From positions 24,366,001-24,430,000 of the forward strand of contig OZ024754.1 in the NCBI GenBank assembly GCA_964016885.1: 64,000 nucleotides of DNA, read 5' to 3'. Within the stretch, counting starts at the first letter, position 1; every line of letters starts with the position of its first letter. The DNA comes from Eledone cirrhosa (taxonomy: Eukaryota). A program made the position numbers and the translations under genes. Below, in pieces: positions 27,654 to 40,877 of this stretch. The notes beneath the pieces were generated by a model, which was not told the DNA's origin, searched no databases, and worked only from the letters and a program-made list of their open reading frames with translations.

Positions 27654-30600
27654 TTTTCTTTATTAACCACAAGGGTTCACATAAAGTAGACATTAAGGAC
27701 AGTGCAGGACAATACAGTACGGTACAAATGGGCATTTCTGCGTGTAAAAAACAAAAACAGAGGATGTAACAAAAAATAACAATGAAAAATTCCCCAATAG
27801 GGGGGAGACTTCGGAGGGACATTTGTGGAGAAAGCCCAGTAAAAGGCCACAATGACCCTGACCACCAAGGCAAGTGCCCTCTCCCAGATTTCCACCTTTA
27901 ATTTACAGATATATACTCAGAGTAGGCCCATTCACTCGGGCCATTCTTGCTTCTCTCACCCATCTTTCAACAAAATGCTGGGAAGAGAGCACTTCCCTCT
28001 CTACTCTGATTTTCCTTTTCAAATGAAATTTGAAAAAGTCAATCAGAGCATCACCGAAGAGGTAAGTGCTCGTCTTCAGCCCTTTCAAACGTGTCCACCA
28101 TACTATCTCTTTCGCCATGGCCACTAGACAGATAAAAACTGCCTGCCCTTCGCGGCTAAAGGAGGAGGGCGGGGCAATCCTCACGATGGACTCAGATGAT
28201 AGCCGGATCCGTCCTAAACGCGACAGCAGGTGTTCGACATAAACCCACAAGTCAGCAATTTTCGGACACTGGACGAGTGCGTGCAGGACAGTTTCGTCGC
28301 CCTGCGCGCATCTCGGACATGCCCGGCTGACGGCACCTCCATGCCTGTAGAGTTTATCCCGAACTGGCAAGGCTCCTCGGTAGCACTGCCAGACCAGAGA
28401 TTTCTGGAAGTTGTCCATAGGCCCCGGCCCGAAAGTTCTTCCGAAGAGATTGGCTAGTTGATTTTCGTCGACGCCTAGAGTTTCCCCAAGTACGTCGTCG
28501 CTCTTCCCCTTCACTAATCCTCTATAGAACGCCGAGGTGGAGTTTCCACCGATTACATTGCCCGATTGGTCGAGGGCTGTGAGCGCCTGAAGACATTCCA
28601 GTCTCCAGGCGCTCCCTCTCGGTCTTCGCTTGACCCAGGACTGCAGCTCCGTCAAGGAAACGAGCTGGGGAAATACGCGTCTAGCAAACGGCGACCACAC
28701 CTGATCACCGTCGAGGAAGAGGTGGAGATGTCGTAGCCTGAGCGCGCGCCTGCGTATCATCAGCCACGGCATGCCCAGCCATCCACGTAGCGGGTGTTGA
28801 CAACAGATGGACCGCCTGACCATCGGAGCGCGTCCCTTCCACAAAAAGCGAAAGAGCAAACGCTCCAGCGCAGTCAGGCGAGGCTTAGGACAAGGTACGA
28901 CGGTCAGGCGGTAGCAGATGACAGACGCGATGTACGCGTTAGCCACCTCCGCTCGACCTTTCAGGGATAGCTTCCTCTCCGCCCATTTCTGGGTGAGAGA
29001 AGCCACCCTGCTCGTCACCTCGTCCCAGTTTTTGTCCGTCTGGAGGTCCGGACCGAACCAGACCCCTAGCAATTTAACCGGTCCGTCCGTCCAGCGTCCG
29101 ACGACGCTGTTGGACGGCATGGACCTGCCTCTCCAGGTGCCGAGCTGCAGGCCCACTGACTTTTCCTGGTTGATCATTGCTCCTGTCACCGCTTCGTATT
29201 CTCTTAGTGTAGTGCCGATCGCCTCGATGTGTTTGGCGTTCGACACCACTACGGTGACATCGTCCGCATATGCTGACACGGATCTTCCGCATCCTAGTTC
29301 GCGCGGGACGCCCCTCAACGTCTCCAGTTTGTGCAGTAATGGCTCGAGAGTCAATACGCACAAGAGGGACGAGAGGGGACACCCTTGGCGGACCGAGCGC
29401 ATGATGTTGAACGGTTCCGACAGGTGACCGTTCACTCTCACCACAGAGCAGATGTCGCTGTGCATGGCAGCGATCCAGCTAATCCCACACAGTCCCAGCC
29501 TGCATCTAAGATCCCGTTCCAGTCGCCCACTAACACTAAAGAGCGGGACGTTCCAAGAAAGGTCTCCAGACGCCGGAAGAAATCAGGCCGCCCTGCTCCT
29601 CTCGGGGCATAGACGGCCACTAGCCTGAAAGCTTGCCCGTCTCCGCTGGTCACGTCCAGCACCACCAGCTTACCCTCTGGGTCCAGGAAGATGGCCCGTA
29701 TGGCGAGATCCAAACCTCTCCGAAAAAGCACAGCAACTCCTCCCCCGATCCAGGACGGCTGGGAGATGCGTACACATCGTAGCCGCCGAAGATCGTTGCG
29801 AAGGCCCGTGCTTCGGAGATTCTGGTCTCGCTGATGGCCACTACATCTATGTTTAGTGACCTGAGGTCGTTGAGCAGGTGACCCTGCTTCCATGACGACC
29901 CCAAGCCACGCGCATTTATGCTGCCTATTCTGAGTGAGGTCATGTTGAAAATAGAGTGGAAAAGATGGGAAAGACCACTTACCGTACTTTTCGTAGAGGA
30001 GGGATGGTTTTTACATCCCTTTTCACTTGATCGTCTGGTGAAGGGACCGTTGAATCGTCCCTTCGGCTGGTCGTCGGCTCTTCTATGAGTATGTCTGAAT
30101 ATACTCTTCGATTGATAGTTCATCCTAGGTCCCTGAAATCACCAACTGCGTTGGGGAATTTCGTTTTAATGTTTGTGTATTGTTTCTGTGCTATTTTTAG
30201 CAGTCTTATGTTAGTTGGCGTTTTGATTGGTGCTGGTATTATGTAGTCGTGTTGTGAAATGTCTGTGTGTTCAATTATGTAAGTCATTAGTTTCTTGTGC
30301 GTATTTATTGCCGTGCATTTATGTTTCTGGGGGTGGGGGGTGGTTCTGCTATTTTCTTGTCGTTGTTGCTGGGTGTGTGTGTTTTGTTGTTGTGTTTGCG
30401 ATGTTGGTGCTTGTGGTGGTGGTGTTGAAGGTGTTGTTGGCGGTGGGGTTGTCGCCGGTGGTGATGGTGGTGCTAGTGTGGGTGGTGATGGTGTTGGTGG
30501 TGTTGCTGCTGTGAGTCTCTTTGTAGTAGACTTTACCCTTTTCTCATTTCTTTCCTCCCTTTTCAAAGGCGACGATGCGCTGCTTCTGCGTTTGTGCCTT

Positions 30601-32299
30601 CTTACGACCTTTTGCCATCCCTCTCCCACCTCACACTCCATGTCTGATTCTGTGAGGTCGGGGAGGGGTACCAGCTCCACTCTTTCACTTGTTGTTGTTG
30701 GTGATGTTTGCACTGGAGTCTCTGTTGCAGCTGCATTTGGTATTGCTGTTGTTGTTGTTAATATTTCCACTGCTGCTGCTGTTTTTGATTTCCGTGGCGT
30801 GGATATGGGTGCCACGGACCTATCGTTCCTGGTTGCCACTTGTCCTGTTGCTGGTAGCCGTGGAGCCGGTTTCGGAAGGAGGGGGGTTTTCTCCTTTCTC
30901 AGGGTCTTCTCGTTGCAGAAGGCCCTTAGGTGAGTCTTCGATCCACAGCGAAAGCATTTCAGGCGTTTGCCCTCAACACTTATGGGCAGTTGAGTGCCGT
31001 TATCGAAGTCTATCACATCCGGGATAGCTTCGATGCACTCCTGGTTGGTTTGGATTAACATCTCAATGGAGGTGCCGACCCAATCTTCTCTTACTTTTTT
31101 CTGTACTTGCAGTACAGTTGTTTTGTCCTCGATTCCGACGAGGACAGACGCGGCCAGCCAAGAAGGGGCCATCCGGGGGGGGGGGGGGGGGCGTGGGTCA
31201 GTTTGACCCTCACAATTTTTGCCCGCAGTAGGAGGGCACCAACACCATTTCCTCGCTCCTTAGGGTCACTACGGATTGAGCCTTTGCCTCCTGGAGTGTG
31301 GCAAAAAGTACGTCTACGGTGGCATCTTTTTTGCCTCGGGTGATGTGCGTTTTCCGCTGCCACACAGACCCCAAGGCTTTTTGTATTTGAGCCTCTGTGG
31401 CTCTTTCAACCCTACGGGATTTTGTACTTACTGTACGGTACGTGACCGTACAGTGCTGTTGGGTTTCGAAAAAATTTTCCGCTGCCTTGCAGATTGCTCG
31501 GTGTCCAGTCTTTGTCACCATCTTCTTCGCTTCCTCTAATTCCTCATTTGTTATGAGGATTGTTTCCAGGTTCTTCGCGATACCTGCAAACGAGATTGGT
31601 TTTTCTTTGCTGCTGTTGTTGTTGTTGTCGTCAGAGCTGATGTTACTTTTGTGGTTGCTGCAGATACTACGACTACTGCCTCCGCCGCTGTTGCTGTGGT
31701 TGTTGTTGGTGTTGCTGCTGCTAATGCTGTTGTTGTTTATGCTGCTGGTGATGCTGTTGCGGCTGCTACTGTTGTTTTCATTGTCACTGTTGCTGTTGTT
31801 ATTACGGCTGCTACTGCTATTATTCCTGATGTCAGACGAATGAAATGGGTTTTCGTATTTCCCGCACACCTGTTTCGTCGTTGTCGTCGTCGTCGTGGAG
31901 AAATCTTGCACGCTTTGCACGAGACTTTTCTTCTCTGTCGTCGCTTGCGAAAGAGAAAGGAGGGAGAGAGACACATTTAAAGAAGGGAGGGAGAGAGACT
32001 ATCTTCTCTCTGCTGTAGTGATGATTGAGGAAGAAGACGGAATGAGTGGGAGTGACCTATGAAAATTCTTTTTCGTAGCCATGTTGTTTTTTTTTGTTTA
32101 AAATAAATATTGGGCACAAAACCCCAATAAGCAGTTATTTAACCCCGAAGGGCCAAATAACGGGCAGAAAGACCCCTCCCACGAGGAGGAGGGTGTTTTT
32201 GTCTACAAGTTTGTTAAAGTTTTAAACAATTTACAATTGTTATAGCGTTCAAAATTTACAATACCTTACAGAGCCGAGCCTCCGTCAACCATAGCATTC
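27653..32299 (-). mobile_element. Tx1-like copy 2 with ~1.37 kb internal ORF2 deletion and a different ORF1/5' UTR
   Basis: ORF2 nearly identical to copy 1. ORF1 (start ~32082; KCFRCGSKTHLRAFC) is only distantly similar. (TAA)n at both ends. Confidence 0.9.
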
Positions 32300-32340
<41 letters not shown>

Positions 32341-32341
<1 letters not shown>

Positions 32342-33008
32342 TTCAATGTGCAGTCCTATAGCTCCAACCGAATACCTAAACAGGCAGGACAGAGCTGCAC
32401 AATACATACATTGGATAATGTGTAAGCATTTTGACCTGCCCCATCAAAAGAATTGGTGGGAGCATCAACCACCTCCCATACTTGAAAAAGATCACATCTC
32501 AATCTTGTGGAACTTTAGCATCCAAACAGACCGAAAAATAGATGCAAACAGACCTGATATAATATTGAAAGACTTTCAAAAGAGGGTATGCCTGCTAATT
32601 GATATGTCTGTTCCAATAGACAAGAATGTATCTATAAAAACATTTGAAAAATTGAGCAAGTATAAGGACCTAGAGATAGAAATTGGAAAAATGTGGAAAT
32701 TGAGAACTAAAACAATACCAGTGGTTGTAGGCGCTCTGGGAATGATACCTAAGGGGTCTAATGATTACTTATCGCAAATCCCAGGAAACCCGCGTATAGG
32801 AGAAATACAAAAGATAGTACTAATGGGAACTGCCCATATACTAAGGAAGATTCTGTCAATATAAGTACATCACAAGTCTAAACACTAAAGATGCATGTGT
32901 GAATATGTATGTTCTTTCTTGAACATGGCGGACCTTGTTGTCTCTTGAGGTCACTGGTTGTGACTTGGTGATAACTCGTATGAACATAAAGCAAGATAAA
33001 TGCAACTG
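32341..33008 (+). mobile_element. R4/Dong family D2 3' fragment
   Basis: Nearly identical to 16058-16718. Confidence 0.9.
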
Positions 33009-33327
33009 TAATAATAATAATAATAATAATAAAATAAAAAACAGAGGAAGAAGACACACATGGTGGAGAGAAGGTCGAGAAATCGCTCCCGTAAGTTTTG
33101 ATTTTTTAACATATTTAAATCACTTGTGAAATAACAATTCTTAGTACAAATGTTGCATAAAACATCCAGCTTGAGTCCCAAAAAATTCGGATCCACAATA
33201 TATTGTTATATTGCTCAAATATTCAATTTTGTATTATACATTTTATATTCAAAAAGAAAATGGTTATAAATGGAAGGAAACCCCCTCTGTCTACACTATA
33301 TAGAACAGCCAAATAACAGCAATTTCA

Positions 33328-35470
33328 CCGCTGCCTCACTATCGCTACCGCCGCTATTCTCTCCCACTACCTCCTGCTAGTTGCTGCTAGCACAGCATCG
33401 CCACCGCCGCCGCTGCCTCAATATCACTACCGCCGCTATTCTCTCCCGCTGCCCCCTGCTACATTGTAGAATTCCCACTAAAAGAGGAAAACATCAAAAT
33501 ATATAAATAGACTGAATTGATGACCTGGTCAAAATAAAAAAAAAAACAAAACAAAAATCAAAATCAACATCAGAAACTAGATACACCACCTACCCCATCA
33601 CCCCTCTGTGTACACTAAACACAACAGCCCGATAACGGCAATTTCACCACCACCACCACCAATCTCAGCATAATAATAATAATTACTATTACTATTGCCT
33701 CAAGTTTTAGTTTTAACAAAATGTTTAATTCCAATATTATGGGTAAATGTCAACACATACACGCGACTAACGATAATTTCACTCAAGATAATTTCCCCAC
33801 CAATACCACCACCACTACCACGATGAAAACTCTGGTCAAGTCGACTCAAATTTCTACTCCAACTTCAACACCATCACTACAGTAATACGACCACATCACC
33901 ACCACCGCTGCCTCACTATCGCTACCGCCGCTATTCTCTCCCACTACCTCCTGCTAGTTGCTGCTAGCACAGCATCGCCACCGCCGCCGCTGCCTCAATA
34001 TCACTACCGCCGCTATTCTCTCCCGCTGCCCCCTGCTACATTGTAGAATTCCCACTAAAAGAGGAAAACATCAAAATATATAAATAGACTGAATTGATGA
34101 CCTGGTCAAAATAAAAAAAAAAACAAAACAAAAATCAAAATCAAGTTTTAGTTTTAACAAAATGTTTAATTCCAATATTATGGGTAAATGTCAACGCATA
34201 TACGCGACTAACGATAATTTCACTAAAGATAATTTCACCACCAATACCACCACCACTACCACGATGAAAACTCAGGCCAAGTCGACTCAAATTTCTACTC
34301 CAACTTCAACACCATCACTACAGTAATACGACCACATCACCACCACCGCTGCCTCACTATCGCTACCGCCGCTATTCTCTCCCACTACCTCCCGCTAGGT
34401 GCTGCTAGCACAGCACCGCCACCGCCGCCGCTGCCTCAATATCACTACCGCCGCTATTCTCTCCCGCTACCGCCTGCTACATTGTAGAATTCTCACTAAA
34501 AGAGGAAAACATCGAAATATATAAATAGACTGAATTGATGACCCGATCAAAAAAACAAAAAAAAAACAAAAAACAATAATCAAAATCAAGTTTTAGTTTT
34601 AACAAAATGTTTAATTCCAATATTATGGGTAAATGTCAACGCATATACGCGACTAACGATAATTTCACTAAAGATAATTTCACCACCAATACCACCACCA
34701 CTACCACGATGAAAACTCTGGTCAAGTCGACTCAAATTTCTACTCCAACTTCAACACCATCACTACAGTAATACGACCACATCACCACCACCGCTGCCTC
34801 ACTATCGCTACCGCCGCTATTCTCTCCCATTACCTCCTGCTAGTTGCTGCTAGCACAGCACCGCCACCGCCGCCGCTGCCTCAATATCACTACCGCCGCT
34901 ATTCTTCTCCCGCTACCCCCTGCTACATTGTAGAATTCTCACTAAAAGAGGAAAACATCGAAATATATAAATAGACTGAATTGATGACCCGATCAAAAAA
35001 AAAACAAAAAAAACAAAAAACAATAATCAAAATCAAGTTTTAGTTTTAACAAAATGTTTAATTCCAATATTATGGGTAAATGTCAACACATATACGCGAC
35101 TAATGATAATTTCACTAAAGATAATTTCACCACCAATACTACCACCACTACTACGATGAAAACTCTGGTCAAGTCGACTCAAATTTCTACTCCAACTTCA
35201 ACACCATCACTACAGTAATACGACCACATCACCACCACCGCTTCCTCACTATCGCTACCGCCGCTATTCCCTCCTGCTAGATGCTGCTAGCACAGCACCG
35301 CCACCACTCCCGCCACCGCTGCCTCAGTATCACTACCGCCGCTATTCTCTCCCGCTACCCGCTGCTACATTGTAGAATTCCCACTAAAAGAGGAAAACAT
35401 CAAAATATATAAATAGACTGAATTGATGACCCGGTCAAAATAAAAAAACAACAACAAAAATCAAAATCAA
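33328..35470 (+). repeat. ~445-bp tandem satellite, ~5 units
   Basis: Marker CCGCTKCCTCACTATCGCTACC at 33328, 33905, 34346, 34791 and 35238. Confidence 0.92.
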
Positions 35471-35797
35471 AGCAGCACAGCAACAACGAAAAACGTAAAG
35501 GAAATAAAAATGAAGAGAAAACAAACGGACGGACAGAGAAGGGAAGGGAAAAACTAAGTCAGACATTCAAACACTACATTACAATGAAACTTATGCTTAT
35601 TCATTTTTGGGGTTTTTTCTGCCTGTTTGTTTGTTTGTTTGGGTTCGTCTACAGCGTGATAATGCCACACAAAAGTCACGTGGAGTGACGAAACCACCGG
35701 AGACAAGTAATTCACCGGTGGTTATGTAACCATACATTCGCCAATCCTCGATAAGAGTGTTTAAATGTCGAACCTAAACAGTTCGAATAACGGTGAA

Positions 35798-38700
35798 ATG
35801 GAGACTAGAATGTCATGTGACAGACTCTCACCCAACAGGTGCTCCCTGGCTCAGCAGCAGTGACCTGGCTGTCAACCAAATACTGCTAGTGTCGGAGGAA
35901 GAAGAAGAAGGAAAGGGACCAGAACCAATTGGACGAAAGAATTGAATAGAACTGTTATGCAATGTTACCTGAAGAGTAACCCCCAAGGAGAAAGGCTATA
36001 GGAAAAGGATGCATAACATCTGGAACGAGATTGGTCCATTTAAATTAGATGAACAAAAACTGGCCGGGCAGGCTCGGGTAATAAGAACTAATGGGTGGAT
36101 AAGCGAGCTGGAACTGGAGGAACTGGGCAGAGAGATTAGCTTGGAGATGGAGGGTGGAGTATGCCAGGCAAACGAGCCAGTGGGAAATGAAGGTGAAGAG
36201 GTCGAGAGAACGGAGGAACCACCCGAAACAGACAATGATCTGAATGCTGAGATAAATAATACCTGGAACAGAGATACGGCCACTGAGGAGATGAATGCTG
36301 ACGGGCTAGGACAAGATTTGGTAGATATCCTAAACTTAGTGGTAGATGAATTGAACAATGATAGTGGGAGACCTATGAACCTAAGATTTGTAGACAGGAA
36401 AAAGTTAAAAGAAACAACAGCTAAGGTAAACAAAGTCATCCCATACCTTGAGGCGAGGAGCCTTCACCAGTGCAACAATATCCTCAAAGCAACAGCAAAT
36501 ACGGTGAGGAAACTACTTAGTATAAAAGCGAGAGGAAACAACAGATAAGAAAGAGCAGAGCCTTGGTGGAAGAAACGACTGAGTGGTCAAATCAGGGAAA
36601 TGAGAAATGACATTGGAAAGCTTGAGTCCCTACTGAATGGGACACTAAAAAACATAGAGACTAAAAATAGACTGGAAATAAAGTACAAAACTAGGAGGAA
36701 AAAGCTAAATATTATCATAGAGGAACTGAAGCAATGCATTGTAGCAAAAAGTGCAAAAATCAAGCGATACGAGAACAGAGTCAGCCAGTATAGACAGAAC
36801 CGCATGTTCGACAACAACCAGAAGATGCTGTTTGGACAGCTTGAAGAGAAAGAAAGAGGCAACGACTTGATCCCTGAGGCAGAACAAACTAAAACATTCT
36901 GGAGAGGAATATGGGAGCAGGATGTTAAACATAATGACCAGGCAGTGTGGATTGAGACAGTACAGAAGGAGATCAGTGAACAGGCACGCCAACAAACTGA
37001 TTTGAGTATCACACTTGAAACTCTTAAGGGGCAGGCCAAAAAACTAACCAACTGGAAATCACCTGGCCCAGATGGTGTGCAGGGGTATTGGATTAAAAAC
37101 ATAACATCCCTCCACCCGAAACTGACAACCATGTTCAATGACTGCTTGATGTCAGGTGAGGTACCAGAGTGGTTGACAAAAGGTACCACAGTTCTGATCA
37201 TGAAAGACCGAATCAAGGGTAATGATGTTACCAACTATAGACCTATCACATGTCTGTCCGTAATGTGGAAACTGTTGACAAGCATTATGTCTGAGGAAAT
37301 CTACCATCACCTCCACACAAACAACTTGTTACCGGACTAACAGAAAGGATGCCGAAAGAAGTCACGTGGTACAAAGGACCAGTTACTTATTGATAAGATG
37401 GTAATGAGGAATTGCAAGAGGAGACACACTGGTCTTGCCATGGGATGGATAGACTACAAAAAGGCATTTGACATGGTGCCTCATTCTTGGATCACCAAAA
37501 GCCTGGAGATCTTCAAGGTGGCAGATAACATCAGGCAGTTGTTGGGCAAAAGTATGAAGTCCTGGGAAACAGAGTTGACATCAACTGGAGAATCCTTGGG
37601 AAGCGTGAAGATCAAGAAAGGTATCTTCCAGGGAGATAGTCTGTCCCCTCTGTTGTTTGTCCTTGCCCTGATGCCCCTGACCAGTGTACTGCGAAAAGTG
37701 AGAGCAGGATACAGGTTGGGAAAGCGAGGGCTTACCATCAATCACCTCCTCTTCATGGACGATCTTAAGCTCTTCGGGAAGAGTGAGAAGGAGTTGGATG
37801 TGCTTGTTGACACTGTCCGTATTTTCAGCAATGATATATGTATGCAATTTGGTATTAGTAAGTGTGGAGTCATTGTGATGAGGAGGGGTAAGTTGAGCAG
37901 AAGTAACGGAATCCAGATACCAACAGGTGAGATGATAAAAGAAATTGACTCTGAGGAAGGATACAAGTATTTGGGCGTTCTGGAGGCTGAAGACATCAAA
38001 AACAAAAAAATGAAGGAATTGATAAGAACTGAATACCTTCGGAGAGTAAGGAGCGTATTAAAGTCACATCTGAACAGTAGGAATGCCATAAGCGCAGTAA
38101 ATTCCTGAGCTGTGTCTATTATTAGGTACAGTGCGGGAATTCTGAGATGGAATGTTGCTGAACAAAAAGAAATGGATAGGAAGACTAGGAAGCTATTGAC
38201 TATCTACAATATGTTCCACAAGAGGAGTGATGTCGATAGACTCTACTTAAGGAGATCTGAGGGTGGAAGAGGTCTTATCAGCATAGAGGACTGTGTTCAG
38301 ATGGAGAAAAACAACCTACACAAATACGTGACTGATAGTAAGGAGCCAATGCTCAGAGCTGTACTGAAGGAGGGGACAATAGGCCAGGGGATGTCCAAGG
38401 AGGAAATATCATCAAGGAGAAAGAGCAGCCTTCAGGAAAAATCCCTTCATAGTACCTTCTTTGAGAAAACTGAATTTAGAGATCCACAGACATGGAACTG
38501 GTTGAAAAGAAGAGACCTTAAAAAGGCTACAGAAGGAATGTTAATGGCTGCGCAGGAGCAGGCCCTCAAAACGAAGTGGTTGAAACACCACATTTACAAG
38601 GAGGAGGCTAGCCCACTGTGCAGGATCTGTGGAGAGAGAGAGGAGACTGTGGCTCACATTATATCCGAGTGTAAACACCTAGCCCAGACTCACTATAAGG

Positions 38701-39191
38701 GCTGGAGACATGATGTGATGGGCAGGGTGATCCACTGGCACCTATGCAAAGTTAACAATTTACCACATTCTGAGAAGTGGTATGAGCATAAGCCAGAGGC
38801 GGTGATAGAAAACGATCAGGTGAAGGTGCTGTGGGATTTTAGGATACAGACGGACAAGAAACTGGAACACAATAGACCTGACCTGGTGGTTGTGGACAAA
38901 GAAAAAAGATCGTGCCGGATTGTGGATGTGGCCTGCCCATTCGAAACGAGAGTGCAAGAGAAGGAGAGGGAGAAAATTAACCGATACCAGGACTTAAAGT
39001 GGGAGGTAAAAAGGATTTGGAACTGCCATGAAGTCAAGGTGATCCCGATTGTCATAGGCGCACTAGGGACTATCTCAAAAAGTTTCCAGGGATGGTTAAA
39101 GAAAATTGGCCCCTTCACGCTTTTTGGAACGCTTCAAAAGGCATGCTTGCTGGGAACAGCAAGAACCCTCCGATACGTCCTGAATATCTGA
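35798..39191 (+). pseudogene. Dong ORF of copy C (RT-CCHC-RLE) with several stops and one frameshift
   Basis: Same motifs as copy A; stops near 35860, 36546, 37338 and 38106. Confidence 0.92.
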
Positions 39192-39274
39192 GGCTGCAGG
39201 TAGTGACTTGATATTCATCTCAACAAACTTTCCAGTTAACTAACATCAATGACTGAGACTCAAAGAGTAATGAC

Positions 39275-39337
<63 letters not shown>

Positions 39338-39339
<2 letters not shown>

Positions 39340-39840
39340 TTTCTTTATTGGCCACAAGGGCTGACATCAAGAAAAACATTACATACGGCACAGGACCGTA
39401 CAGGACGATACGATGTGGGTTTTGTGCGTGTAAATATTTTTATTATTTATATAAGAAAAGAAAATAAAGACATAGAAACACATATATATATAAAAACAAT
39501 AAAAATGAAAATTGAAACAATGAAAAATTCCCCAATATGGGGTAAACCTCCGAAGGTTACTCGTGGCGAAAACCACACAAAAGACCACGGCCACCCTGAC
39601 CACCAGGGCAAGCGCCCTCTCTCAATTTTTCCATTTCTCAAACTACAGACGTATATTCAGAGCGGTCCCGTTCACTCGGACCTTTCTCGCTACATTCACC
39701 TACATTTTAACAAACTTGCTAGAGGGCAGCACTAGCCTCTCCACCCTGATTTTCCTCTTCAAGTGAAACTTGAAAAAGTTAATTAGGGATTCGCCGAAGA
39801 GGAAAGTGTCTGTCTTTAACCCTTTCAACCTTGTCCACCA
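39338..39840 (-). mobile_element. Tx1-like third family, 3' fragment
   Basis: Encodes WWTRLKGLKTDTFLFGESLINFFKFHLKRK; distinct 3' UTR; tail in (TAA)n. Confidence 0.85.
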
Positions 39841-40034
39841 CTCATGAAGAAGAGAAACAGTCGTAGATTGGACGACACGTTGCTTATTTCGAGGAGTAAG
39901 TTTTGTTTAATTTGGTATTCCCTAACACGAAAATTCGACAAATTATTTCACCACTTATCTCTACAAATAATCTGATACTAGTTGTGAGAACTGCATAAAT
40001 ATTTTTATATATTTACCCATTACAATCGCTGTTT

Positions 40035-40142
40035 ATCCCGCCGAGGTTAACTTTGCCTTTCATCCTTACAGGGTCGATAAAATAAAGTACCAGTAATACA
40101 CTGGGTAATTGCTGGCCTTGTGCCAAAAGTAGAAACAATTAT
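40035..40142 (+). mobile_element. SINE 3' part
   Basis: CCGCCGAGGTTAACTTTGCCTTTCATCC...GGCCTTGTGCCAAAAGTAGAAACAATT. Confidence 0.8.
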
Positions 40143-40877
40143 TTAAAGAAAAGAAACGGAAAACACACTGTTTATTTCGGGGGATAAGTTCTGTTTAATC
40201 AAAGATCCGACTAATTATTATGCAATCATCTCTGTGGCTGAAGATGTGAAAGGTGCATATATATTTTTAAATATTTCCCCAATACAATTTACTTTTTTTT
40301 ACATTTTGGTCGATTGTGGCTAAATTTCAGATTTTGAAAGGAAAATGGACAGTTGAAAGATCACTTCTCTCTCCCACCACCACATTCACAACCACTTCCT
40401 CACACATTCACACCAGTAAATCCCCAATCTATTTTTAGACTACTGTCACTGACTGTTACCTACCTCTCTTCTCAGTGTCTAATGTGTGGGTATATATATA
40501 TATGTGTGCATATACATACGTGTGTATAAGTATGCACGTGTGAGTGTATATTTATGTATGTGTATGGAGCCCACATAAAGGACAAAACAAAGGGGGAGAA
40601 AAAAAGAATACTAGCACCCCAGTTTCCCCTCAAACTCAAAATAAACAGAAAATAACACCGGAGAAGCAACTCCTATAAGCTACAATGTCACACTACCCAC
40701 TACCACTCCCAGCACCCCCACCCCCAGCATTAATCTCCCTGCCACCACCACCAACACCACTCACACCACAAGAACAGTTGAGAAAATTCTCGTACACCTT
40801 TTACATCTGCAACCATAACAATATCACCTCAATCAACAACAGCAATGACCATAACTATACAGTTATAATAATAATAA

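Larger units (their letters stand above)
33045..39268 (+). mobile_element. Dong D1 full-length copy C with expanded 5' region
   Basis: The 5' end is homologous to 11211 onward; the ORF is collinear with copy A; (TAA)n on both sides. Confidence 0.9.

Noticed and set aside
32255-32299. Intron in the Tx1 5' UTR (GTAAGG near the 5' end on minus)
   Set aside because: There is no convincing acceptor before ORF1 and the donor is not conserved in copy 1.
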